Assembly: GCA_030264375.1 (NCBI GenBank) | Contig: JASCQW010000133.1 | Location: forward strand, 31,637,554-31,701,553 | Source of the DNA: Carcharhinus longimanus | Lineage: Eukaryota | DNA length: 64,000 bases | Direction of reading: 5' to 3' | Shown: in pieces, positions 26,263 to 39,710 of the stretch | Position numbering within the stretch: position 1 is the stretch's first letter | Layout: each line of letters opens with the position of its first letter | Notes under the pieces: generated by a model | The model's input: the letters and a program-made list of their open reading frames with translations, nothing else | What the model was told of the DNA's origin: nothing | Databases searched by the model: none | Program-made: the position numbers and the translations under genes

Positions 26263-26506
26263 CTAACTTTGGAACAATGTTTTTCAACATGAAAGCTTCC
26301 CAAGATCCTGGTGTGAACACATTCTTCCAGGGCAACAGGATCAGTTTTGCAGAAGAGTCACTGGGATGCCACTTCTGCAATGCATTGGAAAGTTTGTTGC
26401 GGATTGGTGAATACAAGGGTTCAAGGCGCATCTGCATCAGTGGAAGCCATGGGTGAATCCAGGCGTGGATTGGGACCGTGTCTGTCAGTGGATTCCAGTT
26501 CTCAAC
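26263..26506 (-). CDS. TFIP11: TFIP11 coding exon (GCFC domain)
   Basis: [24 protein letters not shown]...[15 protein letters not shown]...NIVPKL; tag/gtgag boundaries. Confidence 0.96.
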
Positions 26507-26944
26507 CTAAAAAGAACACAGAGGTCTGTGCTGATGAGGGACAGTGGCTGGAGTTACATATCTTTTATTGATTTTTGCCTTTTCTTGATGATGCATGAGG
26601 CCTTTCTCAGTAATTATTAGGCTAATTGTTCTTCCAATCCCCAATATTTTCTTCCAACTCTTCTCAGTTCCATTACAACTGCTGGTTATTGAAATAAGGT
26701 CATTTCCTTGGCAACCTGATGGAACCAGATAAGGTACCTTAATGAGCCTTTCCCACGCTCCATACATGTTCTGACTTTTTCTATCCAATTTCTCCTTGAC
26801 TCCTATCTGTCCTGATTATCTCTTCCTTTTCCTATTTGCTTCCCATTCTCCAATTTGGATGTTTCTTTTACTCCTTGCAGTTGAAAATTTGTTCTTTAAT
26901 AAACTCGAACATTTTGAAAGTTGAAATCAATGTTTTTAAAGCTT

Positions 26945-27232
26945 AATTCATTAGTGTCACAAGTAGGCTTACATTAACACTGCAATGAAGTTACTGTGAA
27001 AATCCCCTAGTTGCCACACTCCGGCGCTTGTTCGGGTACATTGAGGGAGAGTTTAGCATGGCCAGTGCACCTAACCAGCACGTCTTTCAGACTGTGGAAG
27101 GAAACTGCAGCAGCCAGAGGAAACCCAGGCAGACATGAGGAGAACGTGCAGACTCCGCAGACAGTGACCCAAGTGGGGAATCAAACCTGGGTCCCTGGTG
27201 CTATGAGGCAGCAGTGCTAGCCACTGCGTCAC
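26945..27232 (-). mobile_element. tRNA-derived SINE, tail type A
   Basis: Matches the 2752-3050 copy. Confidence 0.85.
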
Positions 27233-27284
27233 CCTGCAAAATATGCAAACATGCCTTGTAACACTAATAAGATAAGGCTCCTAC

Positions 27285-27453
27285 CTCACGCTGTAATTTA
27301 GGAAAGATCAATTGTTCAAGAATATTGTCCAGTATCCAGAGAGGGATAGCAGGCATCCAGTTCTCCAAGAAATCTACCATAGGAGCACAATTCCGGGGCA
27401 GCCACTGGGATACAACATTACGGACATATGGCATCCATACCTCCCACATCAAC
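27285..27453 (-). CDS. TFIP11: TFIP11 coding exon (GCFC domain)
   Basis: [32 protein letters not shown]...IFPKLQRE; cag/gtagg boundaries. Confidence 0.95.
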
Positions 27454-28170
27454 CTGAGAATGTGAAAAGAGGAAAAAAAAGTAACTAGGAATAGTTCACT
27501 CAACCCAAAGACCAAGTTTTCCAACACACTGCAAAGCACTCATATTCCAACCCCTCCTCAATTTCTTTCATTTCCTTCCTCCACCTTCATTCTCTTAATA
27601 TAATGAAACATCTCACTGTGCTTCACGTGTTCAAACAACAGTTAACACCGAGCCACATAAGGAGATATTAGGCTAACTCTTGCATGATGAAAGCAGTTTT
27701 AATCTTGTGTAGAGAAATAATTCTGGATTTTAAGCTGAACAGTTTTGAAACAATTTGAAATACAATGGAAGCTGAGTTCAGGGACCAGTCCTGGTGACTT
27801 ATCAACTTTAAATAGTGCCAGCCTTTCTAATACCTCCTTTTTATTAATTTTTAGCCAATCCAGCATCTCAACAACCTCATCTGTCTTGAGCAATATAATG
27901 ATGCCTATTCATGGGCTGGGATCCAAATGTTAATCAAATTGTTGACCATCTGAAGGACAACTGGTATCTGCAGCAGTCTGGAACAGAGAATCAAACCTGG
28001 AACATTCTAATGTGCTAATCTGAGGAATTACTCTTCCTTTAATTCTGATCTTCATAAGAGTCTTGACCTGGTTGAAATAAAGTGTGTGTGAAGTCCAGTT
28101 TACCTTCATCATCTGAAAGCAATCAACATTTCTAATTATCATTCTAAAAGTTTTGATTATTCTTTCTTAC

Positions 28171-28277
28171 CTGTGATAGGGGTCCAATGACAATGCATCA
28201 CACCCTCCATGCTGCAGCTGGTCTCGCTCTAGAAGTTTCCTCCACTTGGACATGACGTCTAAGCCATAATTGTTATC
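28171..28277 (-). CDS. TFIP11: TFIP11 coding exon
   Basis: DNNYGLDVMSKWRKLLERDQLQHGGCDALSLDPYH; tag/gtaag boundaries. Confidence 0.92.
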
Positions 28278-28342
28278 CTAAATGAAGGAAAGAAACAATG
28301 TGGATTACTCCATCTCAGTTCATCACTATGAGGGATGGATCG

Positions 28343-29067
28343 CTCTCTTCCTTATTTTCGAGTGAATATATCAGAAAAAAAATCCCAACAGGTCAGGTCT
28401 AGTAATGGAGCATCTCCTCTCTGTTGGAAGCTCATTTAACCTGAGGTCTAGAATTAAGTTTTACTATTGCATTACATTACCAAGTGCTCAAGGAGAGGCA
28501 AGGCATGGAATGGAATTTAACATATTCAGTCCTACGTTCATTATATTTGGCAAAGTATGGGATCTTTTTGGTGTATGGACTCACAATCAATGGCATTCCT
28601 CTGTTGACTCACTTCATTAACCTTTCTTCACCACGTGAATCTTGACAGTGAACGATGCCACGTTTTTCACCATGCAACTTGTCCTCATTAAACATCAATG
28701 TAGACACACCTTTCACCAAGAGATGCTGGACAGCAATCACAAAAGTGTGAAGACTAACTGATTTTAAGTGAATCCTACAATCACAAAATTATTTTCTACG
28801 GCTGCGGTTGAGAGTGCTATCCTTTTTGGATATCTGTTCTGGTCGTTTTGTCTTAGGAAAGTAAACTTTTGAAGGGTACAGTATTGAGCCAGGAATGGTA
28901 TTTCTTGATTAAATCTGTTCTCAAAGAATTTTGACAATTTAGATAGAACTTAATTCTAGACCTCAGATTAAATGAGCCTCCAACAGAGAGGAGATGCTCC
29001 ATATTAGAGCTGACTTGTTGGAATTTTTTTTCTGATATAGTCACTGTATAAAGTAAGGAAGACAGAG
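28343..29067. repeat. ~125-bp imperfect inverted repeat arms (28343-28465 and 28941-29067) with ~475-bp spacer
   Basis: ORF track shows the near-identical peptide MEHLLSVG(S/G)SFNLRSRIKFY on opposite strands. Confidence 0.9.
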
Positions 29068-29540
29068 TTCTGAACAATGAAAATTATCCTTGTCTCATTA
29101 TTACTGCTGGTTGCGTCCAGGGAAAAGGCTACAGTCCCTCAGATGCAGGACAGATCAGTTCTTGAGCTTGTTTGTGCCTCTTGACATTTAATAGGAGTTT
29201 GATGAATGGATGAAGAAATGAACTCAGGGTGGGACTCGCTGATTATTTTAATGTACTAGAATAGATTTTAATACATTTTAATCAGTTAGATTTTCATGGT
29301 GGGGTTTTCTCCCTTTGAATGTTATCTTAATTTATAAATAATTTTGTTTTAACGAACGAGCTATGTACTCAAAATGAATTCCTGAATGGACAATAAAGTG
29401 AAATTGAATTGACTTCCCTTTCTTGTTAGTCCCATAGGCAATGGGGACTTCAAACCAATGATCATCCTAGCGTGTTGCCCAGGACCATAATGGGTATGAT
29501 GGGCATGATAATTACTCACTTTTCTAGTGGTAGTCCTTAC

Positions 29541-30044
29541 CTGCAAAGGATTCCAAGTCTTAAAGAATTCTTTCAGCAGTGGAAATACAATGGCAATGGA
29601 AAGCTCTGCAAGGTCAAACATTTTGTACTCCTCAAAATATTTCTCCTGCAGCATCTCAAAGATTTTTGCACATTCTTCCAGGGTCAATGGATTGTCACAG
29701 TTCGGCTGAAGTCTCTTCTCACAGTCCTCCACAATCTGTAAGATGCTGCTGAGCTTGTCTATGATCTTATCCTCATGGGCGAGGATTTCAGAGAGCTTCT
29801 CATTCTCATGGGAGAGGTTGACCACCATGTCCCTCTCATACTGTAGCTGACGGTCATTCTGGATGATCTCTTGCTCAGTCATTTCAATGAGCAGTTGCAG
29901 GTTGTGCTCCAGCTCGGGGAGGGAAAAACCTTCTGACTTGGCATCTTTAACAGGGGACTGCGTGTCATCAGGAATATCATGCTTCTGGTTCATCTGACTG
30001 TAACTGTAGTAGACTTTCTGCTCCTTTCCCGTCATGTCTATAAC
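29541..30044 (-). CDS. TFIP11: TFIP11 large coding exon
   Basis: [17 protein letters not shown]...[14 protein letters not shown]...WNPLQ; tag/gtaag boundaries; 504 nt. Confidence 0.96.
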
Positions 30045-30477
30045 CTACACGAAGAATTAGGTAGTTAGAAAGTCACAATGGCTCAATTTTAATTAAAGTC
30101 ATAACCAACTAATCAGCTGTCAACTAGCTTAGAAACTAGTTTCACTAACTAGACCTCACACAACACACATTTTCTGACACAATTAAACAAGCAGGTGTAC
30201 TTCATCACTAGTTGTAAGAAGTTGTCCGCTATGTTTCAGTCATCTTAATCTGATTACATGGTAATATTNNNNNNNNNNNNNNNNNNNNNNNNNNNNNNNN
30301 NNNNNNNNNNNNNNNNNNNNNNNNNNNNNNNNNNNNNNNNNNNNNNNNNNNNNNNNNNNNNNNNNNNNTAAGTCAAGATTAGTTAACAAGAGTGTGTATC
30401 ACTATATATGTTTTCAGATGTTCAGGGAATTGGTAGCAGATATTGCTGACAGTAAAAAAAACATGCATTTTTTCAAA

Positions 30478-31315
30478 AATCATGGGTTATGGTGTCATTG
30501 ATTGGGCCAACATTTATTGACCATCCTGTTTGCCCTTGAACTGAATGGCTTGCTAGGCCATGATGTGGAGATGCCAGCGTTGGACTGGGGTAAGGCCATT
30601 TCAGAGGTATTTAAGAGTCAGCCATATTGCTGAGGATTTGGAGTCACATGTCAGATTACCTTCCCTGACACACATTAGCGAACCAGCTGGGTTTTTACAA
30701 CAACCAACAATGGTTTCAAGGCCATCATGAAAGACTTTTAACTACAGATTTTTACTGAATTCAAATTTCACTTACTGTATGGTGGGACTCGAACCTGGGG
30801 TCCCAGAGCAGTACCCTGGGTCTCTGGATAACTACTCCAGTGACAATACCACTGCATCATTATATACTGAGTCTTTGTGAAGAAGACTATTAAAAAGGGG
30901 AAATCCATTTTTTTTTAATTCAATCGTGGGACCTGGGCGTCACTGGCTGACCAGCATTTATTGCCCACCCCTAACTGCCCTTGAGAAGGTGGCAGTGAGA
31001 ATTGAGTGGCTTGCTAGGCCATTTCGGAGGGCAGTTGAGAGTCAACCACATTGTTGTAGCTCTGGAGTCACATGTAGGCCAGACCAGATAAGGACGGCAG
31101 AATTCCTTCCCTAAAAGACATTAGCGAACCAGATGGGTTTTCCCTCCAATCAATACCAGTCATCAGTAGATTCTATGTTCTATGTTCTTAATTTCAAATT
31201 TTTAAAATTGAATTCAAATTCCATTATCTGCCATGGCGAGATTCAAACCCAATTCCCAGAGTATTAGCGGAGTTTCTGGATTTATAGTGGAGCGACAATA
31301 CCACTAGGCCATCGC
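30478..31315 (-). mobile_element. Two adjacent copies of the second SINE family
   Basis: Copies at ~30478-30855 and ~30920-31315, similar to 23668-24003. Confidence 0.7.
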
Positions 31316-32284
31316 TTCATAATTAGTCCTGATCCTGGAGTAAATTTGCACATGGGCTGACTTCCCTCCCATTACCACACATGAATACCAGTTCAAGGAG
31401 TATTCCAGCATGTGAAAAGGAGTAACCCTGGATTTCCACTGTTTTTTTCATACCACATAGCATTCTAACAGGCAAATGGACAAAAACAGGAAGCACCCTC
31501 CTGTAACATAAGCCAGCTTACAAATATGACAATGTTGCAGGGGTATTGCTATTACACCCACCTGTTATTTTTTTGCCTTTACACTAGGTGCAAACATTAT
31601 CTATCAAACAGACAAAGTATTATTGGCCACTGAGTAGTTTATGGAAGAAGGTTTCAAGGGCCAAAAAAAAGATTTATTTAACCATTTTTTAAAAAGTTTT
31701 ATTTTCTGTTAGCATGTGAACAACTTTGTGCAGTTGTCTTATTTTCTCTCCAGCATTAGTTTATTTTCCAAAGCTCATGCGAGGTGGATGACCAATGAAG
31801 CAATTTCAGGCAAGACTTATGACAGCTAGTCTCTGCCAACACTTGCAAATCCACATCTGCAGACAGAGGTTATTGGATCTCTCCTCAGCTGATCCCCAAT
31901 ACATGCAGTGGCTCCAGCTCCAAACGCAAGTTAAATCAACAGGTTCAGGGCACTCAAAAGCATGGTCTAACTAATCATCATGCTAGAAATTCACCGAGGG
32001 TTCATGTTACAAGACATGAAAAAGGCGTGGTTGGATGATATGAATTAAAAGAAAAATCTGGAATTAAGAACCTCCTGATGACTATTGTCAATTGTTCAAA
32101 AAGCTCACCTAGTTCATTAATGTCCTTTGGGGATGCAAATCTGCCGTCCTTGCTTGCCAAGTCCAATTATGCAATCTTAGATGCCACCAACCACATTAGT
32201 AGGCACCATCACACCTAGTTGATAACGACTGTCTTTGCAACTTCAGAGTCAACAGAAATTCATATGCAGAACTACACCACCTGC

Positions 32285-32645
32285 TATAAACCTTCAAGTT
32301 CCTGAGGGGTATTGATAAGGTGAATGTGGAGAGGATGTTTCCTCTTGTCAGAGAATGTACAGCTAGGGACAATTGTTTAAAAATAAGGAGTTACTCATTT
32401 AAAGACAGAAATTATGAGATTTTTTTTTCTCTGGGAGTCTTGCATCTCTGGAAATCTTTGTCTCATAGGCAGTGAAAGCAGAGATTTGAATATTTTTAAG
32501 GCAAAGCTAGATAGGTTCTTGATTGACAAGAGGGTATCAATAGGCAGGAATGTGGGGTTGAAGTTACAAGCAGATCAGCCATGATCTTATTGAATGATGG
32601 AGCAGACTTGAGTGTTCGAGTGGCCTACTCCTGCTCCAAATTCGT
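32285..32645 (+). mobile_element. CR1 LINE 3' fragment
   Basis: gataaggtgaatgtggagaggatgtttcct...cagatcagccatgatcttattgaatgatggagcag tail. Confidence 0.75.
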
Positions 32646-32876
32646 ATGCATCTTGCAAATATCACAGTGTCAGTTCAGTGCCAGTTAGCTGTAGCCACAG
32701 CCTTGATTATAACTCCTGTCAGCTACACTAATACTCAGTTTGTGGGGATGATGCTATGGAACAGCAGAGAGCAAAGCAATAGTACCCAATGTTCACAGGT
32801 CTACATCCAGTCAAAAAAATTACATATGGAAATGTCTAAACATTTGCAGATGAGGAGAAAGCCCTTTCCCATGCAC

Positions 32877-33035
32877 CTTGACTTGTGAAAGTTCTGTCTG
32901 AGGTGTCGCCATTTTCCTGCCCAGGCTTGTTGCTCCTTTTGCTTTCAGTTCCTCCACAGTTTTGAAGCTGTACTTGGGTTTCTTCTTTCCACCTGTGGGA
33001 TCCTTCCGCCACTGGCTCATCTCCTTCTGAAACTC
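32877..33035 (-). CDS. TFIP11: TFIP11 coding exon
   Basis: [31 protein letters not shown]...SQVK; cag/gt boundaries. Confidence 0.95.
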
Positions 33036-34746
33036 CTGCACACAAAGGGTTAATTAGTCACTGGGCACTGACCGCCCTTCGTTATTGACAGACTAGGAAA
33101 CATCCCCTCAACTGTCATCAATTTCAGAGATTCAGTCACTTGAAGCCCAACTCAATTTACTCTCAAATTTCATCTAGGGTCCAGGTACCAAGCAGTGGCT
33201 CATTGTGCGTGAGGCAGACAGTTAAACTGCAGGGGTGGGGTATGTTAACCTGACACTGGCAGAAGCCCAGGTGCAGTCTGCCAGCCAATGCTCTCAGCTG
33301 CGCACAAATTGCCCACTGTATTTCCAACATTACAACAGTGACTGCTTCAAAGGTACTTCACCAGCTTTGGACATAGTGAAGTCACGAAAAGTGCTAAATG
33401 AATCAAGTTTTCTTTTGGCAAAGGAAAGAAGAGATAATTCCCACCCCCCCAACCACTCCCTGCCACCTGCCCCACCCCAAGTAAACAGTACAAGACTTGA
33501 CACACAGCAGTGCATAATGCTTCTTGAAAAAGGATGCATCAATCTTGATGGGAAAGTAAAACAGTAAAAACAAATCTTCTTATTCAGGATTTCTACTGAC
33601 ACTTTTCACATTTCTGAACATAATTCAACCTATGGCTACTGTAAGCAGTTATGAATGTCAATTAGTAACCAGACAACATGAAATGGGCATTACAGGGAGG
33701 CACCACTTCAACTATTTTCCCCATTCAACTAACTGAAGTTATTTTATTGGGAAATGGTTCACTTGTTGTCCAACTCTAAGTATTATTCCAATGCACTCTT
33801 GGCCAGCCTCCACATTCACGCTCTCCAAACTTGAAATCATGCAACACTCTGCTGCCCTTACTTAACACTATCCAGTGCACACATCAATCATGTGCTCACT
33901 GAACTACATTGCTTCCCAGTTAAGCAACTCAATTTTAAAAGTATCATCTTTATTTTCAAATCTGTCCATGCTCTTGCCCCTTAGCCTTATCCCAGAAACC
34001 TCTGAGTTCCCTAACCCTGTCTGCTCGAGATCCCTGATTTTAGTTCCTCCACTATTTTCGATCGTACCCTCAGTTACTAATGTTCTCAACCCTGGAATTC
34101 CCTCTCTATACCTCTCTGATGCTCAAGCCGGAATTTTACCGCTTTTCCTACCCTGATTGTGGGGCGGGTGAGGCTCGCAGAACGGAATTTTCCGTTGGTC
34201 TCAGGTGGGATCTCACATGAGCGAGGTCATAAAATCCCACCCTCTACCTTTCTTTACTCTGGCTAAGATTTTGTTCATCTACCCTTATACGTCCTTATGT
34301 AGTTCATGTCAAATGCTGCATTATAACACCCTTGTGTAGCACCTTGCAATGTTTTATTATGTTAACAGTGCTATGTAAATACAAATTTTTATTGTTGTGC
34401 TGTATCTTACTACAAACTGCCCCTCTATTCACCAGTGCAACACTAAGCATTAAATGTTAAAAGAAGATTGATTTACAGGGATGATTGATGCAGATACACG
34501 TACTTGTTCTTTGTACTTTTAGACTGGGGCCAGGGTCAGGTGAGGGGGAGAGCGCAGAAAGTAATTATTCAGAGTCTCTCATCTAAATTGCTTTCCATTA
34601 ACCCATGCTCAGAAACGCATGTGCATGATTGGAGAAAAGATCAAAATTGAACTATCTGGAACAGCTCCTTCAGAAAAAGGGAAAAATTGTGGATTTGATA
34701 CAAAAAAAAATACAGATAACAGGACAAGAGTTGTATTATTCCAAAC

Positions 34747-34874
34747 CTCGTCTGCTTCTTCATCAGAGTCAACAATGGGAAAATCCTTTAGTGACTGTTC
34801 TGTTCGTTCAGACCCATAAGCTCCAATTGCTCCTTTCCCCTTCCTCATCTTTGCCTCAATTGGTGCCACAATTC
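34747..34874 (-). CDS. TFIP11: TFIP11 coding exon (G-patch C-terminal half)
   Basis: [42 protein letters not shown]. Confidence 0.95.
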
Positions 34875-35320
34875 CTGCAGAGCAACAGAAACAGCATTAC
34901 TAATGACATGACTGCACAACTCCTAAATCCACAAACTGGGCAAAAGATGAAATTACATGGTTTGGAGCTGATGAATCCATGGAATGTCACGCTCAGGATG
35001 GCAACTTGTTTAGGTTCCACTGTGAAGAATACCAAGTTAGATTGGGTGGTGGGGTGAGATTGTGGCAGTTGCAGGGATGAATTTAACCATTTCTCAGGAA
35101 ATTAAATGGATGGAAGCATAATAATTGTTCCACACTCCACTGGAGTACTCATCAATATCCATCAGGGGAACAGCACTTTCATCTAGAGACATGTGTGGCA
35201 GCCCAGCGGATGGACACAGCTCTTGCCCAACTTTCCCTAATGAACGCAATACATTTTGTGGAATTAGTTACAGATGGAGAATTATCGCTATCGTTACTAA
35301 TAATTTTCTGTTAACTGTAC

Positions 35321-35477
35321 CTTGTGCATTCTTCCCAAGACCTCTGCCAGGTACGTAACCCATCTTCTGCAGCAGTTTCTGTCCAATCCCTTTGGTGTGT
35401 TTTTCCCAGGTGCCAATTTCCTGATTTGTTCGATGTCCTCCAGTGAATCCTTTTGAACTAGATTTGAAAAAGCCACC
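35321..35477 (-). CDS. TFIP11: TFIP11 coding exon (G-patch N-terminal half)
   Basis: [32 protein letters not shown]-patch; tag/gt boundaries. Confidence 0.96.
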
Positions 35478-36355
35478 CTATGGAAAAAAAATTGCTAAGT
35501 NNNNNNNNNNNNNNNNNNNNNNNNNNNNNNNNNNAGAGGAGGGGGAGAGGAGGGGGAGAGGAGGGGGAGGCTATTGTGAGGTTGGGGAAACATACACATG
35601 TCCACTTAAAGAATCTGGAAAGAAGTGTACAAAGATTCTGCCCAGCGAAAGCGACAGTTTTTTGGTGCCTGGACAGTAAGTATTTAATGTTTTATTCAAC
35701 CACTACAGCTGGATAAATAGCTACTCTGAATGCATGACTATTTCAGTGAACAATACCAGTTACCCAATTGTCTAAAAAACACAAAGCACACATGATGTTA
35801 CCATTTACCCCATGCAAACAAATAGCTGACAGCTGTTTTCGTGTAAACCTTTGTTTCAAAAGCTTCAAATTTACTTGATTTTGGGAAAACAACTTCACAT
35901 ACTACCATATCCTGACTAAATACACTTTTTGACATTTACTGAAAATAACGATTGTTTCTGAATTTATAATAAAAGCAAACAAAGCTCAAGTTCTCTAATC
36001 ACCCTCAACATTCTGTCTCCTGACTAAAGTCAAAATTGAACCGTTAATAAATTTAGATGTGAAACTTAACCAGAAAGACACAATAATACACAATGCATCA
36101 CATGATATAACATTCTTGTCCAAATATGGTTACTCCAGGCTGCTGGAAAAGTTGGATATTTACACAGAATGTTCAGGGCAGCAGAAAAATAATCCCACCG
36201 ACATACCTCAAAGAACTTGCTTAAAATTCAATTCAAAGTTGAGGTGAGATTTTCTTAGCCCTTAAAATATACAGTTCAAAAATGTTTTTTTCTCCAAATA
36301 TAAATGTTTTGATAACATAAAACCAGTGCTGGAAATAGGATCAATCTGTCTGACT

Positions 36356-36657
36356 TCATAGAATCTACAGTGTAGAAGGAGACCACCCGGCCCATCGAGT
36401 CTGCACCGACAATAATCCCACCCAGGTCCAATCCCCACAACTCCACACATCCACCCTCCTAGTCTCCCTGACACTAAGGGGCAATATAGTATGGCCAATC
36501 AACCTAACCCTGCACATCTTTGGAGTGTGGGAAGAAACCGGAGCACCTAGATGAAACCCATTCAGACACAGGGAGAACGTATATACTCCACACAGATAGT
36601 GTCCCAAGGTCAGAATTGAATGCAGGTCCCTGGTGCTGTGAGGCAGCAGTGCTAGCC
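36356..36657 (-). mobile_element. HE1-like SINE
   Basis: Same head, body and tail as 7188-7493. Confidence 0.8.
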
Positions 36658-36957
36658 AAAGTGTCGACTTCCATCATGACTGGAAAAAGCTGCCAGAGGT
36701 AGTAGTAGACGTGGGTACAATTTTGTCTTTTAAAAAACATTTAGACAGTTTTGTGGATAAGAATGGTATAGAGAGATATGGGCCAAATGTGGGCAATTGG
36801 GATTAGTTTAGGGGTTTAAAAAAGGGGCAGTATGGAGAAGTTGGGCTGAAGGGCCTGTTTCCATACTGTAAACCTCTATGATTCTATGTCTTTTGATGAA
36901 TCAACATTCAATCACAGCTATCTAGTGTCATACCCAGGCCCTTGATCGAATACTTAC

Positions 36958-37117
36958 AGTTTTCAGTTTCTTTGGTGCGAAGTCTTTTGGAAAATCTTCT
37001 CGCTTAACTTTCTCCTCTTCAGAGTCATCAGAGTCCTTCTCTTCCTCATTTTCTTCGGCTGCAGGTCGACGGATTCCAGCACTGATGAAATTAACTGGAG
37101 CAGTGTAATCTTTGGAA
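36958..37117 (-). CDS. TFIP11: TFIP11 coding exon
   Basis: [22 protein letters not shown]...[12 protein letters not shown]; tag/gtaag boundaries. Confidence 0.94.
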
Positions 37118-37639
37118 CTATGGAAACAGTGTAGATATGGCCAAGTTTAGATACAGCAAAAAAGTTATTGTACACTGCATTCAAAAGTCTAACTGCCATT
37201 CTTTAAATCCAATGTACAACTACTAGCATCTGAAAGTATGCACACAAGAGAATCAAGATAGGAAACACACAGAAATCTGAACACAAATGCTGCTATGTTC
37301 CAAAAAGATAAACCCAATTGAATTTCTGAATAATTAGCTATGCTGCAATTGCACCTATCTAACTGGGCTGCGGAGAACCAGTACTGAACACATCCTAACC
37401 GGGTGAATGGACATCTATACACTGAACATTATAGCACGAGTTAAATAATCCAAAATCAATCAGCCATCACAGGTGAATTGCCAAAAGTCTTCCAGGCCTC
37501 ACCAATGACAAACACAGTAGTTGTCTATTCATTCCAAGGCTACAGACATAATTCTTCCATGAACAATCTGTACTGGTCTGGTGACAATCAGTGCCACAGT
37601 GAGCAAGTGCAACCCCAGACCCAGACTTAAGTTTAAGTT

Positions 37640-37915
37640 TAATTATTTATTTGTCACAAGTAGGCTTACATTAACATTGCGATAAAGTTACTGTGAAATT
37701 CCCCTAGTTGCCACACTCTGGCACCTGTTCGGGTCAATACACCTAACCAGCACGTCTGTCAGAACGTGAAAGCGGAAACCGGAGCACCAGAAGAAATCCA
37801 TGCAGTCACGGGGAGAACGTGCAAACTCCGCACAGACAATGACCCAAGCTGGGAATTGAACCTGGGTCCCTGGAACTGAGAAGCAGCAGTGCTAACCACT
37901 GTGCTACCGTGCTAC
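37640..37915 (-). mobile_element. tRNA-derived SINE, tail type A
   Basis: Matches the 2752-3050 copy. Confidence 0.85.
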
Positions 37916-38489
37916 CACTTCTCCACTCAACAAACTTTTGATTTTGGTGAGAAAGAGAAATAGTGAAACTTGGTCCCAACAATGACAGTGGCAAAATACT
38001 TCCCATGCTTAAAATGGTAGCCAGCATGTTTCAATGACTCACAGCTACTGGTTACAAAATAGGTTGAAAGGATGTCAGAGTCATATCACCCGGACAGCAT
38101 CCGTCATCCAACAGTGCAAGAAATGGATAGGGGAGTCCAAGAGGTGACAAATGTCCAAACAAATGAAAAACTGAAAAATGAAATTGGTGAGGCCTGGAAG
38201 ATATTTTCCCTACTTCTGCCCTAACTAAGTTATCTGATTTAAGCCTAGGCTGAAGCAATTGCATCTGCTTCTTGAGTCTAGCAATGATATTTGGCAAGAA
38301 AGTTGAGATGCATAAATAAGTTGTCTGATAAATCAAGGGTTTTAGAACTCTCCAATGGTTCATCTCATTTAGAGAATAATTAAGCCATAAAGTGCAGGAA
38401 AGACTGCGATTTTATCATTGATCTAGACTTATTGATCACAGGTTTAATCCTTTGCTGCGCCATGGGAAAATTCTCCAACTCGTTTGAAT

Positions 38490-39435
38490 CAATCATCACA
38501 GTCCCAAGACATTGTAACAGGAGTTTTTAAGTGTAGTGTCCCAAGCCCACCCATCTTCATCTGCTTTATCAATGTCTGTCCTTTCATTATATGGTCAGAA
38601 GTGGAGATGTTCACTGACAATTGCATAATATTCAGTACCCTTTGAGACTCCTCAGAAATATCCACGCCATATGCAGCAAAACCCATATTCAGGATTCGGC
38701 TGATAAGTGGCAAATAACTTCCGCACAAGTGGCAGGCAATGACCATCTTCAATTAGAAAGAATTTAACCATCTCTTCATGACGTTTAATTATATCACCTT
38801 TGCTGAATCTTCCACTATCAATGTCTTGAGGATTACCAATGACCAGAAACTGATATGAATCAGATATATAAATACTGTAGCTACAAATGTAGGTCAGAGG
38901 TGAGGAATTCTGTGGCGAAAAGCTCACCTCCTGATCTCCCAAAGCTTGAAGACAATCTATGAGGCACAAATCAGAAGTGTGATGGAATACTTTCCATTTG
39001 CCTGGGTGAGTGCAGCTCCAGCAACACCCCAGAAGCTCGACACCACCCAGGACAAAGCAGCCCACTAGATAGGTGCCTCATCCGCCACCAATGCACAGTG
39101 GCAATAATGTACATCATCTACAAGATACAACACACCAAGACTCTTTCAACAGAACCTTCCAAACTTGCGGCCTCTACCAAGAGACGGAGAAAGGTAGCAG
39201 ATACACCACCTGCAAGGTCCACTCCAAGCCACACACCATCCTGACTTGGAAATCTATCACCTTTCCTTCACTGTCACTCAGCTAAATTCCTCAAACTCCC
39301 TCTCAAACAGCACTGTGGGTGTTCCCACAATACATTGACTGCAGCAGTTCAAGAAGGTTGGCTCACCATCACCTTCTCAAGGGCAATTAAGAATGGGCAA
39401 TAAATAAATGCTGACCTAACCAACATCACATGAAT
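38490..39435 (+). mobile_element. CR1/L2-like LINE 3' fragment
   Basis: Degenerate RT (atgttcactgacaattgc, MF(A)DDC-like); same tail as 20830-21665. Confidence 0.7.
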
Positions 39436-39553
39436 GCATGCATATTTTAAAAGTCATGATTTGTTGATAAATAAATGTNNNNNNNNNNNNNNNNNNNNNN
39501 NNNNNNNNNNNNNNNNNNNNNNNNNNNNNNNNNNNNNNNNNNNNNNNNNNNNN

Positions 39554-39710
39554 CAGCCCACATGCCATAGATCGCATCCTCCTTTGTCTGTCGGTGGCGC
39601 ACACGGTCTGGGTTGAACTCATTTTCCAAGTCCCAATCTGAAATCTCAAAGCGCTCCATTTCCACCTCATCGTCATCCTGGTCTTTCCCATACAGATGTG
39701 ACATCGACAT
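39554..39710 (-). CDS. TFIP11: TFIP11 first coding exon (3' end lost in N gap 39479-39553)
   Basis: [52 protein letters not shown] matches the TFIP11 N-terminus. Confidence 0.94.
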
